DNA of 64,000 nucleotides, taken from the NCBI GenBank assembly GCA_964634685.1, contig CAZWLD010000001.1, forward strand, positions 22,696-86,695. Direction: 5' to 3'. The DNA comes from an uncultured Anaeroplasmatales bacterium. Its GTDB lineage: Bacteria > Bacillota_I > Bacilli_A > Acholeplasmatales > JAEDCM01. Numbering within the stretch: position 1 is the first letter of the stretch; each line of letters starts with the position of its first letter. This document shows positions 9,454 through 18,053 of the stretch, in pieces. The translations under genes and the position numbers were made by a program. The notes beneath the pieces are model-generated. The model saw only the letters and a list, made by a program, of their open reading frames with translations, was not told the DNA's origin and searched no databases.

Positions 9454-11135
9454 TGTTATTAGCAGTAGAAAATTTAAGCTTTAATTACACAGATAAGCCT
9501 TTGCTTAAAGATGTTTCATTATATCTAAATGAAGGGGAAAAGATTGGACTGATTGGGGTAAATGGAAGTGGGAAGTCAACTTTAATTGATTTTCTAATTA
9601 ATAAGCCTAGTTATCGTCATCCGAATTTAAAAATGGGATATTTACCCCAAAATCCAATTTTTGAGCCTAATAAAACAATTTTAGAAATTGTCTCGGAAAA
9701 TGTTAAAGAGGAATTACTATATGAGGCTAAATCAATTCTTTCCAAATTAGGAATTAAGGATATAAATGAATATCCGGAAAATCTATCGGGCGGAGAAAGA
9801 AGAAAAATTGCCATTGCTTCTGCCTTAGTCAGCGATAATAATTTGCTGATTTTAGATGAGCCAACCAATCATATGGATATTGAAACAATTAGCTGGCTAG
9901 AAAAATATTTAATTAGATATAAGGGTGCTTTATTACTTGTTACGCATGATAGGTATTTTTTAGAGCGAATTACTAATCGAATCGTGGAATTAGATAATGG
10001 AAGCCTTTATAGCTATAATGGAAATTATGATCAATATTTGGAGCTAAGAGCCGCCCGAATTCAAAATGATATTCGGGTTAATGAAAAGAAGAAGGCTTTT
10101 CTTAAAAGAGAAATTGAATGGGTTAAGGCTGGAGTTTTAGCTCGTGAAACGAAAAGTAAATCGCGGCTAGAAAAATACTATCAAATAAAGGATAGTGTAA
10201 AGAATTATCAAGAATCCAATTTGATAATGAAAAGCGATGCCAAATATTTGGGCAAAAAAACGATTGAATGTGTTGATATATCCAAGACAATGAATAGACA
10301 ATTATTGTTTGAACATTTCAATTATCTCTTGCTTAGAAATGATAGATTAGGTATAATAGGAGCGAATGGTGTTGGAAAATCGACCCTTTTGAAAACAATG
10401 GTTGGATTAATCAAGCCTGATAGCGGAAGTGTAATTGTTGGTGAAACTGTTAAAATTGGTTACTTTAGCCAGGAACATGATACAATCAATATGAATATGA
10501 AGGTTATTGATTATATTAATGAGCTTGAGGAATATAACAATGCCGCTAATAGCTTAGAGGATTTTCTCTTCCCTCGTTCGATGCAACAGACCACGATTGG
10601 ACGCCTTTCGGGAGGAGAAAGAAGACGTTTAGAATTATTACGAATTATTATGCAAAATCCCAATGTTTTAATTCTTGATGAACCAACAAATGATTTAGAT
10701 ATCCAAACCTTGAATATTTTAGAAAATTATTTAGAGGATTTTCAGGGTGCGGTTATTGTTGTATCCCATGACCGTTATTTTCTTGACCGTATTGTTGATC
10801 ATGTTTTAGTTATGCATGATGGAAATATTAATGAATTTTTAGGTGGATATTCTTCTTATATTAAGCTTTTAGAGGAGGATACACCGAAAGAAGAAAAGGT
10901 CATCAAAGAGAAAAAACACCAAAATAAAATGAGCTATAATGAAAAAAAGGAATTGGCGACCTTAGAGTCAAGAATTTCCTATATTGAAGGAAGATTAAAG
11001 GAAATTGATTTTGAAATTGAAAAAAATCCTTCTAGTTATATGTTAGTTAATGATCTATCAAAGGAAAGCGAGAAATTGAAGGAAGAGTTAGATGATATTT
11101 CTCTTCGCTATTTAGAATTATTAGAAAAGAGTTGA
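9450..11135 (+). CDS. ABC-F family ATPase (two ABC cassettes, no transmembrane domain; translation-factor type)
   Basis: Two Walker A motifs (GVNGSGKST, GANGVGKST), two signatures (LSGGERRK, LSGGERRR), THDRYFL/SHDRYFL, an inter-domain linker REIEWVKAG..ARETKSKSR and a C-terminal coiled coil. The start ATG overlaps the helicase stop (ATGA). Confidence 0.9.
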   Translation: MMLLAVENLSFNYTDKPLLKDVSLYLNEGEKIGLIGVNGSGKSTLIDFLINKPSYRHPNLKMGYLPQNPIFEPNKTILEIVSENVKEELLYEAKSILSKLGIKDINEYPENLSGGERRKIAIASALVSDNNLLILDEPTNHMDIETISWLEKYLIRYKGALLLVTHDRYFLERITNRIVELDNGSLYSYNGNYDQYLELRAARIQNDIRVNEKKKAFLKREIEWVKAGVLARETKSKSRLEKYYQIKDSVKNYQESNLIMKSDAKYLGKKTIECVDISKTMNRQLLFEHFNYLLLRNDRLGIIGANGVGKSTLLKTMVGLIKPDSGSVIVGETVKIGYFSQEHDTINMNMKVIDYINELEEYNNAANSLEDFLFPRSMQQTTIGRLSGGERRRLELLRIIMQNPNVLILDEPTNDLDIQTLNILENYLEDFQGAVIVVSHDRYFLDRIVDHVLVMHDGNINEFLGGYSSYIKLLEEDTPKEEKVIKEKKHQNKMSYNEKKELATLESRISYIEGRLKEIDFEIEKNPSSYMLVNDLSKESEKLKEELDDISLRYLELLEKS

Positions 11136-11140
11136 GGTAA

Positions 11141-11680
11141 ATGAAAAAATTTTTAGCAAAGCATTGGGAGAGCTTAATCTTTACGGCGATAATGATTGTG
11201 TTTGGAGTATGCTATATAGTATTGACCGTTCCAAGTCTTTTAGTTGTAAAATATACACTTATGGTCGGATTAGTTTATTATGCAGTTAAGGCAATCGTCT
11301 TCGCTAAAGAGGTACCTGGCAAGCTTCATATGATTTTGCACTATATCGAGGCGGCAGCGGACATTGGAATTTTATTTTATATGATTTTTGGAATTGTGGA
11401 ATTTGAATTTCAAATACCGGCGATTTTGTTTTTAATTATGCCTGTGGTAAAAACTTTCTTTCATGATAGCTGGATTTCTCAGGTATATTTAGATCGCACC
11501 AAATATTTCTTTGGAATTCTTTATGTCATTTTACCACTTAATCGAATGATTAGCATAGGTAGCTATGGATTATTTATCACGGTCGGAGTTATTTTCCTCG
11601 TATTAGCGGTAATAATGATTTATTATTTAATATTTTACGGAAGAATTTTATCGGAAAAAGAATACGAAAAAGAAAACTAA
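11141..11680 (+). CDS. Hypothetical polytopic membrane protein (about 6 hydrophobic segments)
   Basis: SD GAGGT precedes the ATG. Strongly hydrophobic 179-aa product with no recognisable motif. Confidence 0.6.
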   Translation: MKKFLAKHWESLIFTAIMIVFGVCYIVLTVPSLLVVKYTLMVGLVYYAVKAIVFAKEVPGKLHMILHYIEAAADIGILFYMIFGIVEFEFQIPAILFLIMPVVKTFFHDSWISQVYLDRTKYFFGILYVILPLNRMISIGSYGLFITVGVIFLVLAVIMIYYLIFYGRILSEKEYEKEN

Positions 11681-11697
11681 AGCGTTTTCTTTTTTTT
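11671..11697 (+). terminator. Putative rho-independent terminator overlapping the stop codon
   Basis: Stem AGAAAAC / GTTTTCT, loop TAAAGC, then a T8 run. Confidence 0.5.
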
Positions 11698-11725
11698 ATT
11701 TTTATGGTAAAATAAAAAAGAGGAA

Positions 11726-12505
11726 GTGGTTTCTTTGAAGTATAAGGTAATAGGTTTAATTTTCTTTGTTTGTTTTCTTTTTGCCTTTGGAGCTTATTTT
11801 ATTTGGCCTTATCATCCATATAATAATCTAAAGGGAACTGAGGAATCAGGATTTGTTTTCACAATTATCGGAGGCTTAACTTTAGTTGTGTCTTTGATTG
11901 TGTATATGGGTTCACGAGGTGGCTATATTATGAAAATGAACAGTGATACAGAGGTTCATACCTTAAGGGAATCACATCGTAAGGCTCCATTTCGCAAGGC
12001 TATGATTATACTTGAGGTTGGTTCATTGCTCGTTTTATATTTTGAATTAGTTTCGATAATTTTTATTGCCAATAATACTTATTTTGATATTAATCGTCGT
12101 GTTGAAATTTTAGCTGAGCTTAAAAATCATTGCCTTTGGGTTATTATTACAGAAATTGTGGCGTTTGTTTTGTATATTATTTATTTAGTTTATGTAAAGC
12201 AGCTTGCCTATTGGAATATATATTTAGCGAATGCGACTGTTTTTAATAGTGAAGAGGAAATGATGGAGGCATTAAGAGCGGAAACGAAGAAGGTTAATTT
12301 AAAATACGCAGTTAAGCAATTCTTTAAGATATTGTTCTTCAATAATAAAGAGGTTCGAGCTTGGCTATTAACCCAGGATCGCAGTGAAATTAATGAAGAG
12401 GATGAATATAGAGCTCGTATGCATATGCTAGATAAGATTCGTAAGGAAAATATGGCGAAACTACAAGAGATTGAAAAAAGAGAAAGGGAAAAATGGGGAG
12501 ATTAA
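11726..12505 (+). CDS. Hypothetical membrane protein (about 4 TM segments plus a charged coiled C-terminal tail)
   Basis: ORF with SD GAGGAAG. The real start may be TTG 11735 rather than GTG 11726. No recognisable motif. Confidence 0.55.
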   Translation: MVSLKYKVIGLIFFVCFLFAFGAYFIWPYHPYNNLKGTEESGFVFTIIGGLTLVVSLIVYMGSRGGYIMKMNSDTEVHTLRESHRKAPFRKAMIILEVGSLLVLYFELVSIIFIANNTYFDINRRVEILAELKNHCLWVIITEIVAFVLYIIYLVYVKQLAYWNIYLANATVFNSEEEMMEALRAETKKVNLKYAVKQFFKILFFNNKEVRAWLLTQDRSEINEEDEYRARMHMLDKIRKENMAKLQEIEKREREKWGD

Positions 12506-12530
12506 TATTCCTCATTTTTTGTAGGAGAAT

Positions 12531-13238
12531 ATGGAAAAATTAGAAGAATTATATAAAATAATCAATGAATCACAAAGAATTGTCTTTTTTGGGGGAGCTG
12601 GTGTATCGACAGCTTCAAATATTCCGGATTTCAGGGGAGCGAATGGATTATATAATTACACACCCGAGGAAATAATATCGCATTCCTTCTTTATGAGTAA
12701 TCCAAAGTCATTTTTTGAATTCTATTTTTCAAAGATGGTTTATAAGGATGCCTTACCTAATGAATGCCATTATTTCTTGGCAGAATTAGAGAAAAGAGGA
12801 AAGCTATCGGCAGTCATTACGCAAAATATCGATGGCCTTCATCAAAAGGCCGGATCGAAGCGCGTTTTAGAGCTTCATGGAAGTGTATTAAGAAATCATT
12901 GTATGAAGTGTCATCAATTTTACAGTCTTGATGATATAAATTGTGTAGATATTCCCAAATGTCATTGTGGTGGGATAATTAAGCCTGATGTTGTTTTATA
13001 TGAGGAGCCGTTAGATAATAAGGTCGTAAGAGAAACAATCCTTGAGATAAGTCGCGCTGATACCTTAATTGTCGCAGGGACAAGCTTAGTTGTTTATCCC
13101 GCCGCTGACTTTATCAATTTTTTCCAAGGAAAGAATTTAGTCATTATCAATTTGGGTATTACTAATTATGATAAGAAGGCTGATTTAGTGATAAATGGCC
13201 GAGTGGAGGAATATTTAAACCGCAAATACTTAAAATAA
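12531..13238 (+). CDS. cobB: NAD-dependent protein deacylase, Sir2 family
   Basis: GAGVSTASNIPDFRG, QNIDGLH, LELHGS and the zinc ribbon CMKC...CHCGG, all at canonical sirtuin length (235 aa). SD AGGAG. Confidence 0.9.
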   Translation: MEKLEELYKIINESQRIVFFGGAGVSTASNIPDFRGANGLYNYTPEEIISHSFFMSNPKSFFEFYFSKMVYKDALPNECHYFLAELEKRGKLSAVITQNIDGLHQKAGSKRVLELHGSVLRNHCMKCHQFYSLDDINCVDIPKCHCGGIIKPDVVLYEEPLDNKVVRETILEISRADTLIVAGTSLVVYPAADFINFFQGKNLVIINLGITNYDKKADLVINGRVEEYLNRKYLK

Positions 13239-13239
13239 A

Positions 13240-13266
13240 AAGCAACCATATGGGCTGCTTTTTTTG
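13240..13266. terminator. Imperfect hairpin plus T-run between convergent genes
   Basis: AAGCAACC-ATATG-GGCTGCTT (one mismatch) followed by T7. Confidence 0.5.
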
Positions 13267-13284
13267 TGTTCAGGGCATTATCCA

Positions 13285-13725
13285 TTAATATTGTAGCTGA
13301 ACTGTTTGTCCTTCTATTTTTTGAGCCTTCATGCGCCTTTGACATTCCTTGTAGGAATTAAAAATGGAGTCGCTTGAAAGAGTCGGAGTTGTGCTTTCAT
13401 TTCCATAATAATCCCAACTCCAGAATGAGCCATCATTCATTTTGATAACAAATAAGCCATCTTTATTAAAATTTTTGGGGTTTACAATTTCTTTATAAAT
13501 ATATTCGGTTACTACAGCATCATAGCCGAGTAGGTTAAGCATACTAACATTTTCTAAAGCTTCACCATAATTAAAGAATGAAGCTTGGTTTAACTTATCC
13601 GTTGTTGAAACTTCAAAATTATTAATGGATTTTAAATAATCGCCCTGAACACAAACTAAATACATGTTTTTCATTTGTGTATCATCCCTTCTTGTAATTT
13701 TCATTACACCATTGTTATATACCAA
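13285..13725 (-). CDS. Hypothetical small cytoplasmic protein
   Basis: ORF only. The maximal ORF starts with TTG at 13725; ATG at 13704 or 13674 (MKNMYLV..., preceded by AAGGGA) are more likely starts. No family recognised. Confidence 0.45.
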   Translation of the reverse strand: MVYNNGVMKITRRDDTQMKNMYLVCVQGDYLKSINNFEVSTTDKLNQASFFNYGEALENVSMLNLLGYDAVVTEYIYKEIVNPKNFNKDGLFVIKMNDGSFWSWDYYGNESTTPTLSSDSIFNSYKECQRRMKAQKIEGQTVQLQY

Positions 13726-13807
13726 ATTTTATTGAAGTCAACTACTTTTTTTCTTGAAAACGGCTTCACCGCGCGAAAAGCGTTTTTATTTTTTTATGAT
13801 AGCGCTT

Positions 13808-13835
13808 AAAAAAAAGCTACCGATTTTTCGGTAGC
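13808..13835 (-). terminator. Rho-independent terminator of the neopullulanase-like gene
   Basis: On the minus strand: GCTACCGA-AAAA-TCGGTAGC followed by T8. Confidence 0.75.
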
Positions 13836-13842
13836 CCTTACA

Positions 13843-15660
13843 TTATTTTTGTTGTAAAAGAAGGTGACCATAGCTAGGTATAGTGCATTCGCCTTCGATA
13901 ATTTCATTAGTGAAAAGATTGATGAATGGTTTTTCTAATTTGATTTTTTGGTTAGTATTTGAATTATTTAGATAAACATTTATGATTTCATTCTCTGATT
14001 TCTTTTGATAACCAATTAATCCGGAATCATCGACAATGAGCCATTCTAAATCAACCTCCTTGAAGCTTTGGTGAGAATGCCTTAAGCTAATTAGCTTCTT
14101 AAAGAAGGCTTTCATATCTAAATCCTGTTTATCTTCATCCCAAATCATACAACGACGATTTTCGGGGTCATTGCCTCCGGATAGTCCAATCTCATCACCA
14201 TAATAAAGATTTGGCGCTCCGGTGAAGGTGAAGAGGAAGATATAGATGAGCTTAGCTAGATCCTTATTTTCTTGGCAAATATAGAGAGTTCTTGCCGTAT
14301 CATGACAATCAATCAAATTGAACATATTGCAGGAAACATTGTATTGATACCTAATAAAAAGAGAATTTATCATAGATTGGAATTCATGAGCATTAATTTT
14401 TAAATCGCCATTTCCAAAGAAGAGACTTAACGGGTATTGAAGTCCATAATTCATAACGGCGTCCATTTGATCTCCTAATAACCAAGGAGTAGAATCATCC
14501 CAGTTTTCACCGATGATGACGGTATCCTTGTTGATACTGCGAACAACACGCTTGAATTCCCGCCAGAAATCATGACTAACTTCATTTGAAACATCTAAGC
14601 GCCAACCATCAATGTGGTATTCCTCAGTCCAATATCTAGTAACATCTAATAAATGCTCGCGCGTTTTTTTATTGTCGGTATTCCATTTTGGCATAAATGG
14701 GGTAAAGGCAAAGGTATCATAATTAGGAATTTCCTTAAAGGCTCGATGATCATAAGGAGGATGACCATCCTCTAGCTCGAAGTTGATAATCGGCTCCAAT
14801 CGACAGTTGAAGCATTCATAATACGGTGAATTTTTTCCGTTTTTGACAACATCAATCCAATAAGGATGATACCAACCGCAATGGTTAAATACAGCATCGA
14901 GCATAATTTTAATTCCGCGTTTATGACATTCCTCAACTAATTCCTTGAAATCTTCATTTGTGCCAAAAATCGGATCGATTTTATAGTAGTCGGTAGTGTC
15001 ATATTTATGAGTTGATTTGGCTTCAAAAATCGGGTTAAAGTAAATTCCGTTGATTCCTAAATCTTTTAGATAATCAAGTTTTGAAATGATTCCCTTGATA
15101 TCTCCTCCAAAAACCATACTGTTCTTAACATGAAGAGGAACTGAGCCCCATTCCAAAACATTTTCCTTTTCAACACCCTTCGCAAAGCGATCAGGGAAGA
15201 TTTGGTACCAAATGGTATCCTTTACCCATGATGGAGTATCCATAACATCACTTGGATTAATACATGGGAAATTGAAGTAATTGAAGAGATTATACATTCT
15301 TGGGTCATTTTCACTTAGCTTAATGATAGGTCCGGTTCCATAGAGATATTTTTCGTTATCGTCTTCAACGACAAAAGCATATTTTACTCTTTTATATGGA
15401 GGTTGATAGGCAATAAAATAATAGTCAAATAAATCAGTTGAATACTTTTTTTCCATTGCTGTTTCATCACAAGTAGTATGAATCCACTCCCAAACCTCAG
15501 GATTGTCCTTTTTAGGCCCCCACATAAATGGGTCGCCTGCGATAAGAGTTACCTTTTTGACATCATCCTTTTTGGTTTGAAACCACAAATAAATCGTTTT
15601 TTGATCAAAGGCATAGGCCATATTGCTTTTTCCTTTATGAAATAATGCTTCTAATTGCAT
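13843..15660 (-). CDS. Intracellular GH13 neopullulanase / cyclomaltodextrinase / maltogenic amylase-type enzyme
   Basis: GH13 regions I-IV: DAVFNHCG, GWRLDVSNEV, IIGENWDD, LIDCHDTAR. N-terminal amylase-N type domain and no signal peptide. SD GAGGTGA. Confidence 0.85.
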   Translation of the reverse strand: MQLEALFHKGKSNMAYAFDQKTIYLWFQTKKDDVKKVTLIAGDPFMWGPKKDNPEVWEWIHTTCDETAMEKKYSTDLFDYYFIAYQPPYKRVKYAFVVEDDNEKYLYGTGPIIKLSENDPRMYNLFNYFNFPCINPSDVMDTPSWVKDTIWYQIFPDRFAKGVEKENVLEWGSVPLHVKNSMVFGGDIKGIISKLDYLKDLGINGIYFNPIFEAKSTHKYDTTDYYKIDPIFGTNEDFKELVEECHKRGIKIMLDAVFNHCGWYHPYWIDVVKNGKNSPYYECFNCRLEPIINFELEDGHPPYDHRAFKEIPNYDTFAFTPFMPKWNTDNKKTREHLLDVTRYWTEEYHIDGWRLDVSNEVSHDFWREFKRVVRSINKDTVIIGENWDDSTPWLLGDQMDAVMNYGLQYPLSLFFGNGDLKINAHEFQSMINSLFIRYQYNVSCNMFNLIDCHDTARTLYICQENKDLAKLIYIFLFTFTGAPNLYYGDEIGLSGGNDPENRRCMIWDEDKQDLDMKAFFKKLISLRHSHQSFKEVDLEWLIVDDSGLIGYQKKSENEIINVYLNNSNTNQKIKLEKPFINLFTNEIIEGECTIPSYGHLLLQQK

Positions 15661-15791
15661 TTATTAATCACCTCAAGGCTATTATAATATAAAAAAAATA
15701 ATTTTTGAACAAGAAAATAAAGCGTTTTTATTTAGTAGTACAATATGTCGTACGCAAACATTGGAAAAGCTATATTTCTTGCCGTTTTTTG

Positions 15792-15822
15792 CGGAAAACG
15801 TTTTTATAAGTAAACGTTTTCA
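15792..15822. promoter_or_regulatory. Two adjacent cre/LacI-type operator-like palindromes in the divergent promoter region
   Basis: 15809-15822 reads TGAAAACGTTTACT on the minus strand, 13/14 to the cre consensus TGWAANCGNTNWCA. 15795-15804 is the perfect palindrome AAAACGTTTT. Confidence 0.45.
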
Positions 15823-15862
15823 TATTTTTCACATAATTTTTTGAAAATATAAGATATAATTA

Positions 15863-15871
15863 TGTTATAAT
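15863..15871 (+). promoter_or_regulatory. Extended -10 element TGTTATAAT for the RDD/amylase operon
   Basis: Exact TGnTATAAT about 25 nt upstream of the first candidate start. TTGAAA lies at 15841-15846 (19-nt spacer). Confidence 0.5.
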
Positions 15872-15885
15872 GGTATTGATAGGAT

Positions 15886-16353
15886 GTGATTAGCAAAATG
15901 AGCTATATGGAAGGAGAAATATCTTATAAGCGAATTGCTGCATTTGCCATTGATACATCTTTTGTTATTTTAGTTTCAATGGTAATTATTTCGCTTACTA
16001 GTATGATTCCTGATGCAACCTTAATCGGAGGAATATTGGTTCTTTTTGTAATTATTGGTGGCTATTTTGTTCCATATACCCTTTGGCCAGGGCAAACATT
16101 TGGAAAAAAGTCCCAAAAAATTAAATTAACTAATATGGATGGATCGGAATGTAAATTTGTTAAGATTGTTTTTAGGGAGGCATTCAAGGTTATATTATCA
16201 ATTGGCACTAGTGGTGTATATTGTGTTATTGCCGGAATAGTTATGCTTTTCCGAAAGGATGAAAGAACAATCCATGATTTTATTTTCAGAACGAAGGTTG
16301 CGGAGAAAATAATCATAACCAGAAAATATATTCGAAAGGAAGAGAAAGAATGA
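15886..16353 (+). CDS. RDD-family membrane protein
   Basis: YKRIAAFAIDTSFV... N-terminus, three hydrophobic segments, GQTFGKK loop. ATG 15898 may be the true start. Confidence 0.55.
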   Translation: MISKMSYMEGEISYKRIAAFAIDTSFVILVSMVIISLTSMIPDATLIGGILVLFVIIGGYFVPYTLWPGQTFGKKSQKIKLTNMDGSECKFVKIVFREAFKVILSIGTSGVYCVIAGIVMLFRKDERTIHDFIFRTKVAEKIIITRKYIRKEEKE

Positions 16354-18053
16354 AAAAAGTTTTAGTTTTTGTGACTGTTTTTTTATTGGGTTTAGGTTTA
16401 TTTGCTTGTGGTAATACAATTAATACTACAGCTGATTCTACTAGCACTACCGATAATCAAACGACTACCGATAATCAAACGACTACGGATAATCAAACAA
16501 CTACGGATAATCAAACAACGGCAAACCCAATTGATAGCTTAAAATTAAATTCAAAATATGGTAGCTACTATCAAATCTTTGTTCGTTCATTTGCGGATAG
16601 TAATGGTGATGGTATTGGTGATATTAAGGGAATTACCGAGAATGTCGATTATATTTCGGATTTAGGCTTTGAAGGAATTTGGCTAATGCCATTTACGGAG
16701 GCTGACAGCTATCACGGATATGATGTTACTGATTATTATAAAGTTGATCCTGAATATGGAACAAACGATGATTTAAAGGAATTGATTGAAGCTTGTCATG
16801 AAAAAGGAATCAAGGTTATTATGGATTTCGTAATTAATCATACTTCCCAAAATCATGAATGGTTCCAAAAGGCCGTTGCTGGAGAAGCTCCATATTCAAA
16901 CTATTATGTTTTTGCTTCGGCTAATGATGATCGTGTCAAGAAATATCCGGATTATTGGGCACAAGCAAAAAATGGAAAATACTATTACTGCTATTTCAGT
17001 GGATCAATGCCTGATTTGAATTATGCTAATAAAGCTGTTCGCGATGAAGTTGTAAAGATTGGTAAATTCTGGGCTGATTTGGGAATGGATGGCTTTAGAG
17101 TAGATGGTGCCTTACATATTTGTGGTCAAGGTGAATATGCGGATGGTTCAACGGTTAAATCATCAATTAATTATTTAACGCGTATTCGTGAATATCTTGA
17201 GGATTATTATGTTTATGATTTAAAGCGTGAGAAGCCATATATTGTTACTGAGGTATATGATGAATCTGGTGATCAAGCGTCAAATTTCTTTAGCGCTGTT
17301 GATTCAACATTTGACTTCTGGTGTGCCAAGAAAATTATCAATGCGGTTAATTCAACAGGAGCTGTTACCTATGCTTCAAGTATTAATCAAAGATTGAATG
17401 GATATCGCCAAAATGCTGGGGAAGGCCTTGTGATGATTGATGCGCCATTTATCAGAAATCATGATATGGATCGACCTGGATCTTTACTTGATTCTAAAAA
17501 TAAATTACGAATGGTTGCGGAAATGCTTTTAACTCTTGAGGGTAATCCATTTGTTTATTATGGAGAAGAGCTTGGAATGAAGGGTGTAAAAACAGATGGA
17601 ACTGGCGGTGTTTATGATGAAACAAGAAGATTACCATTCCTCTGGGGTGCTGGTAATAAATATCAAACTACTTGGTTTGAAAATTCGATGAATGAGGGTG
17701 TAGCTACCTTTACAGAACAAAAAGATAACCCAGAATCATTGTATAATACCTATAAGACATTGTTAAATTTACGTAAATCAAATATTGCATTAAAATACGG
17801 AACCTTTGCCGATTTGACAGTAAGTGATAATAAATCGATGGCGGCCTTTACAAGGACATTTGTTCAAGGTGATTATTCAACTCAAGTGTTAGTTATTCAT
17901 AATTTTGATAATTCAAGTAGTGCGCTTCCACAAAGCCTTTTAGATATCATTAGTGCAAATGATGGAAAAGTTTTATATTATTCATATGAAGGCTATGCCA
18001 ATATTATGGAGCCTAAAACAACATTAATTATCGATCTTGGACGTGTTGAATAA
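16350..18053 (+). CDS. Extracellular GH13 alpha-amylase lipoprotein
   Basis: Signal peptide with lipobox LFAC-G. GH13 regions DFVINHTS, GFRVDGALHI, IVTEVYDE, FIRNHDMDR. ATGA overlap with the upstream gene. Confidence 0.85.
   Translation: MKKVLVFVTVFLLGLGLFACGNTINTTADSTSTTDNQTTTDNQTTTDNQTTTDNQTTANPIDSLKLNSKYGSYYQIFVRSFADSNGDGIGDIKGITENVDYISDLGFEGIWLMPFTEADSYHGYDVTDYYKVDPEYGTNDDLKELIEACHEKGIKVIMDFVINHTSQNHEWFQKAVAGEAPYSNYYVFASANDDRVKKYPDYWAQAKNGKYYYCYFSGSMPDLNYANKAVRDEVVKIGKFWADLGMDGFRVDGALHICGQGEYADGSTVKSSINYLTRIREYLEDYYVYDLKREKPYIVTEVYDESGDQASNFFSAVDSTFDFWCAKKIINAVNSTGAVTYASSINQRLNGYRQNAGEGLVMIDAPFIRNHDMDRPGSLLDSKNKLRMVAEMLLTLEGNPFVYYGEELGMKGVKTDGTGGVYDETRRLPFLWGAGNKYQTTWFENSMNEGVATFTEQKDNPESLYNTYKTLLNLRKSNIALKYGTFADLTVSDNKSMAAFTRTFVQGDYSTQVLVIHNFDNSSSALPQSLLDIISANDGKVLYYSYEGYANIMEPKTTLIIDLGRVE
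16446..16514 (+). repeat. 18-bp tandem repeat (~3.8 copies) encoding a (T)TTDNQ linker just after the lipobox Cys
   Basis: acgactaccgataatcaa / acgactacggataatcaa / acaactacggataatcaa. Protein STTDNQTTTDNQTTTDNQTTTDNQTTANP. Confidence 0.9.

Noticed and set aside
9450-11135. ABC-F as an antibiotic-resistance (ARE) determinant.
   Set aside because: ARE versus housekeeping ABC-F cannot be told apart without phylogeny or linker-length profiling. The linker looks short (Uup/YdiF-like), so no resistance call is made.
4862-13238. The idea that helicase-nuclease + ABC ATPase + two membrane proteins + Sir2 form one multi-gene defence island (Sir2 and ABC ATPases are common defence modules).
   Set aside because: The Sir2 protein is a canonical 235-aa sirtuin with a zinc ribbon and full NAD motifs (CobB/SrtN type). 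The ATPase is a textbook ABC-F translation factor. Terminator-like and SD signals separate the units (11671-11697, plus a separate SD for each gene). Only the helicase-nuclease itself remains a defence candidate.
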